Shown here: piece by piece, positions 61,981 through 64,000 of the stretch
Numbering within the stretch: position 1 is the first letter of the stretch
How the letters are laid out: each line of letters begins with the position of its first letter
Assembly (NCBI GenBank): GCA_000992345.1
Contig: LBUA01000001.1
Location: forward strand, 13,542-77,541
Source: Parcubacteria group bacterium GW2011_GWD2_38_12
Lineage (GTDB): Bacteria; Patescibacteriota; Minisyncoccia; GWC2-36-17
Length of the DNA: 64,000 nt
Reading direction: 5' to 3'
Translations under genes and position numbers: made by a program
Notes under the pieces: generated by a model
Seen by the model: the letters and a program-made list of their open reading frames with translations, nothing else
Database searches by the model: none
Told to the model about the DNA's origin: nothing

Positions 61981-64000
61981 ATGAAAAACGAAAATAAACA
62001 ATCAAAAATGATGGGGATTTCAAGCGATGCCACGCTTCGTGCATCGCTTGAGATTCCGTCGCTCGCCCCGGATGAAAGCAAGCTTTCGCCTGCGGGCTCG
62101 CTAGGAATTATAAGCATAACTTCAATGGGTATCGGATATGTGACGGTGGCTGGTTTTGACGAGGATATCCAAATACAACCCCAATTTTTAAATACTGCCT
62201 TACATGGCGATGAAGTGGATATTGTTTTGTTTCCAAAAGTAGAAGGCGAGAAGTTAAGTGGCGAAGTGGAAGGAATATTAAAAAGAGCAAGGATGGAATT
62301 TGTGGGGACGATAGACAGAAAAGAAGGAAATAATTTTTGTTTTATAAAGCCCGATGACAAGCGGATGTATATGGATATTTTTGTCCCTTCAGCTCAAACC
62401 AAAAAACTTCAAAATGGCTACAAGGCTTTAGTAAAAATAAAAAAATGGGATAATTCCAAGAAAAATCCGGAAGGCGAGATAGTAAAAATACTTGGTAAAA
62501 AAGGTGATAACGATACGGAAATGGAATCCATAATCGTAGAAAAAGGATTCCAATCCGAATTTCCTCCGAAGGTTGAGAAAGAAGCGGAGGCGCTGAAAAA
62601 AAAATCCAAACCAATTCCCCAAAAGGATATAGATGAAAGAAGAAATTTTAGAAATATCACAACATTCACGATTGACCCCGAAGACGCAAAAGATTTTGAC
62701 GACGCCATTTCTTTCAGAGAAATTTCTGATGGTTTATTTGAGATAGGGGTGCATATTGCCGATGTTTCGCATTATGTGAGAGAAAACACGGAGCTCGACA
62801 AAGAAGCGATTCATCGCGGAGTTTCCATATATTTAGTTGATAGAACCATACCAATGTTGCCGGAAGTTTTGTCTAACGATATTTGCAGTTTGAATCCTCG
62901 CGAGGACAAACTGACTTTTTCGGCGGTTTTGACGATGTCGGCAAATGGCGACATAACAAATGTTTGGCTTGGCAGAACGGTGATAAATTCCGATAAAAGA
63001 TTTACCTACGAAGAAGCTCAGAAGGTTTTGGATGAGAAATCCGGATTTTATTGCGACGAACTTGCTAATTTAAACAAGATAGCCAAAATATTCAAAGGCA
63101 AAAGAATGGCGATGGGTGCGATAGATTTTGAAAAAGAAGAGGTGAAATTTAAACTTGATGCCAAAGGCAAGCCGATAGATATTATTGAAAAGCCGCGACT
63201 TGATGCCCATAAATTGGTTGAGGAATTTATGATTTTGGCGAACAAAAAAGTTGCCACGTATCTTAGCGAGGAAGTAAAAAAAATCAATAAAGGAGCTTCT
63301 ATCTATCGTATCCATGATGTTCCCAAAAAAGAGGCAATGGATGAACTTTTGGTTTTTCTGAGAATGTTGGGACATGAAATAGAAATGAAGGGCGAACATA
63401 TTTCATCCAAAGAATTGAATAAACTTTTTGAAAAGCTCAAGGGAAAACCAGAGGAGTCGCTGGTAAAGACCGCCGCAATGCGATCAATGGCAAAAGCGAT
63501 TTATTCCATGAGAAACATCGGGCATTATGGATTGGCGCTGGAAAATTACACACATTTTACTTCGCCGATCAGAAGGTATGCGGATTTATTGGTGCATCGT
63601 ATTTTAGCAAAACATTTGGCGGGAGAAAGTTTGAGCGCCGAAGAAGTCGCATGGCATCACAATCTCGCGATGAGTTTGTCGCGCAGAGAAGTTGACGCAG
63701 TGGAAGCCGAAAGGTCATCAATTGCTTATAAGCAAACAGAATATATGCTTGAAAGAATAGGGCAAACATATACAGGAGTAATCAATGGCATAACCAATTG
63801 GGGTATATATGTGGAAGAATCCCATACGAAATCCAGCGGTATGGTGAAACTCAAAGATATGAAAGATGATTTTTATGTTTTAAACAAGGAAACCTATTCT
63901 CTTGTTGGCCAGAGAACCAAGAAGAAATATTCTGTTGGCGACAAAGTGAAAATTAAAGTCGTTGCCGGCGATTTGGAAAGAAAAACGATAGATTATAAAT
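61981..64000 (+). CDS. rnr: Ribonuclease R, 3'-partial (absent from the ORF track)
   Basis: Translated manually: NTALHGDEV (CSD), FTIDPEDAKDFDDAIS, VHIADVSHYV, YTHFTSPIRRYADL, then an S1 domain running to the window end. Confidence 0.95.
   Translation, partial: MKNENKQSKMMGISSDATLRASLEIPSLAPDESKLSPAGSLGIISITSMGIGYVTVAGFDEDIQIQPQFLNTALHGDEVDIVLFPKVEGEKLSGEVEGILKRARMEFVGTIDRKEGNNFCFIKPDDKRMYMDIFVPSAQTKKLQNGYKALVKIKKWDNSKKNPEGEIVKILGKKGDNDTEMESIIVEKGFQSEFPPKVEKEAEALKKKSKPIPQKDIDERRNFRNITTFTIDPEDAKDFDDAISFREISDGLFEIGVHIADVSHYVRENTELDKEAIHRGVSIYLVDRTIPMLPEVLSNDICSLNPREDKLTFSAVLTMSANGDITNVWLGRTVINSDKRFTYEEAQKVLDEKSGFYCDELANLNKIAKIFKGKRMAMGAIDFEKEEVKFKLDAKGKPIDIIEKPRLDAHKLVEEFMILANKKVATYLSEEVKKINKGASIYRIHDVPKKEAMDELLVFLRMLGHEIEMKGEHISSKELNKLFEKLKGKPEESLVKTAAMRSMAKAIYSMRNIGHYGLALENYTHFTSPIRRYADLLVHRILAKHLAGESLSAEEVAWHHNLAMSLSRREVDAVEAERSSIAYKQTEYMLERIGQTYTGVINGITNWGIYVEESHTKSSGMVKLKDMKDDFYVLNKETYSLVGQRTKKKYSVGDKVKIKVVAGDLERKTIDYK

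Overview
AT-rich bacterial chromosome segment using the standard genetic code. The gene content and style suggest Patescibacteria/CPR (Parcubacteria-like): PheT lacking the B2 domain, a short ProRS, a stand-alone VirB4/VirD4-like ATPase and frequent TTG starts. This taxonomic call is inference. Three parts are visible. (1) 1-7 kb holds a MacAB-type ABC cluster whose ATPase carries an N-terminal YHS/TRASH metal-binding domain, followed by a CopB-type P1B ATPase. (2) 7-50 kb is a housekeeping core: khpA-trmD-pyrG, pheS-orf-pheT, gyrB, mpg, murA-mreB, holB, frr-rseP-proS, a frameshifted mreB with mreC-mreD-mrdA, greA-lysS, serS-ftsQ, a glycosylation cluster, a secretion-type ATPase, dnaX and tRNA-Gln. 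(3) 50-64 kb is an accessory, RNA/ribosome-maintenance-rich block: RluF-like synthase, tiny basic peptide, DEAD-box helicase, ABC-F, an orphan ORF array, NYN RNase, Pif1, GIY-YIG, S4 protein, YhiN/HI0933 and RNase R. Top observations: an intact NlpC/P60 cysteine-peptidase domain inserted inside the B5 domain of PheT; pervasive 7-nt-period repeat arrays and palindromes inserted in frame in essential genes; a stop-codon-anchored structured repeat in three copies; and a NYN RNase gene overlapped by a predicted convergent antisense small RNA. No CRISPR array, rRNA, integrase or transposase was seen.
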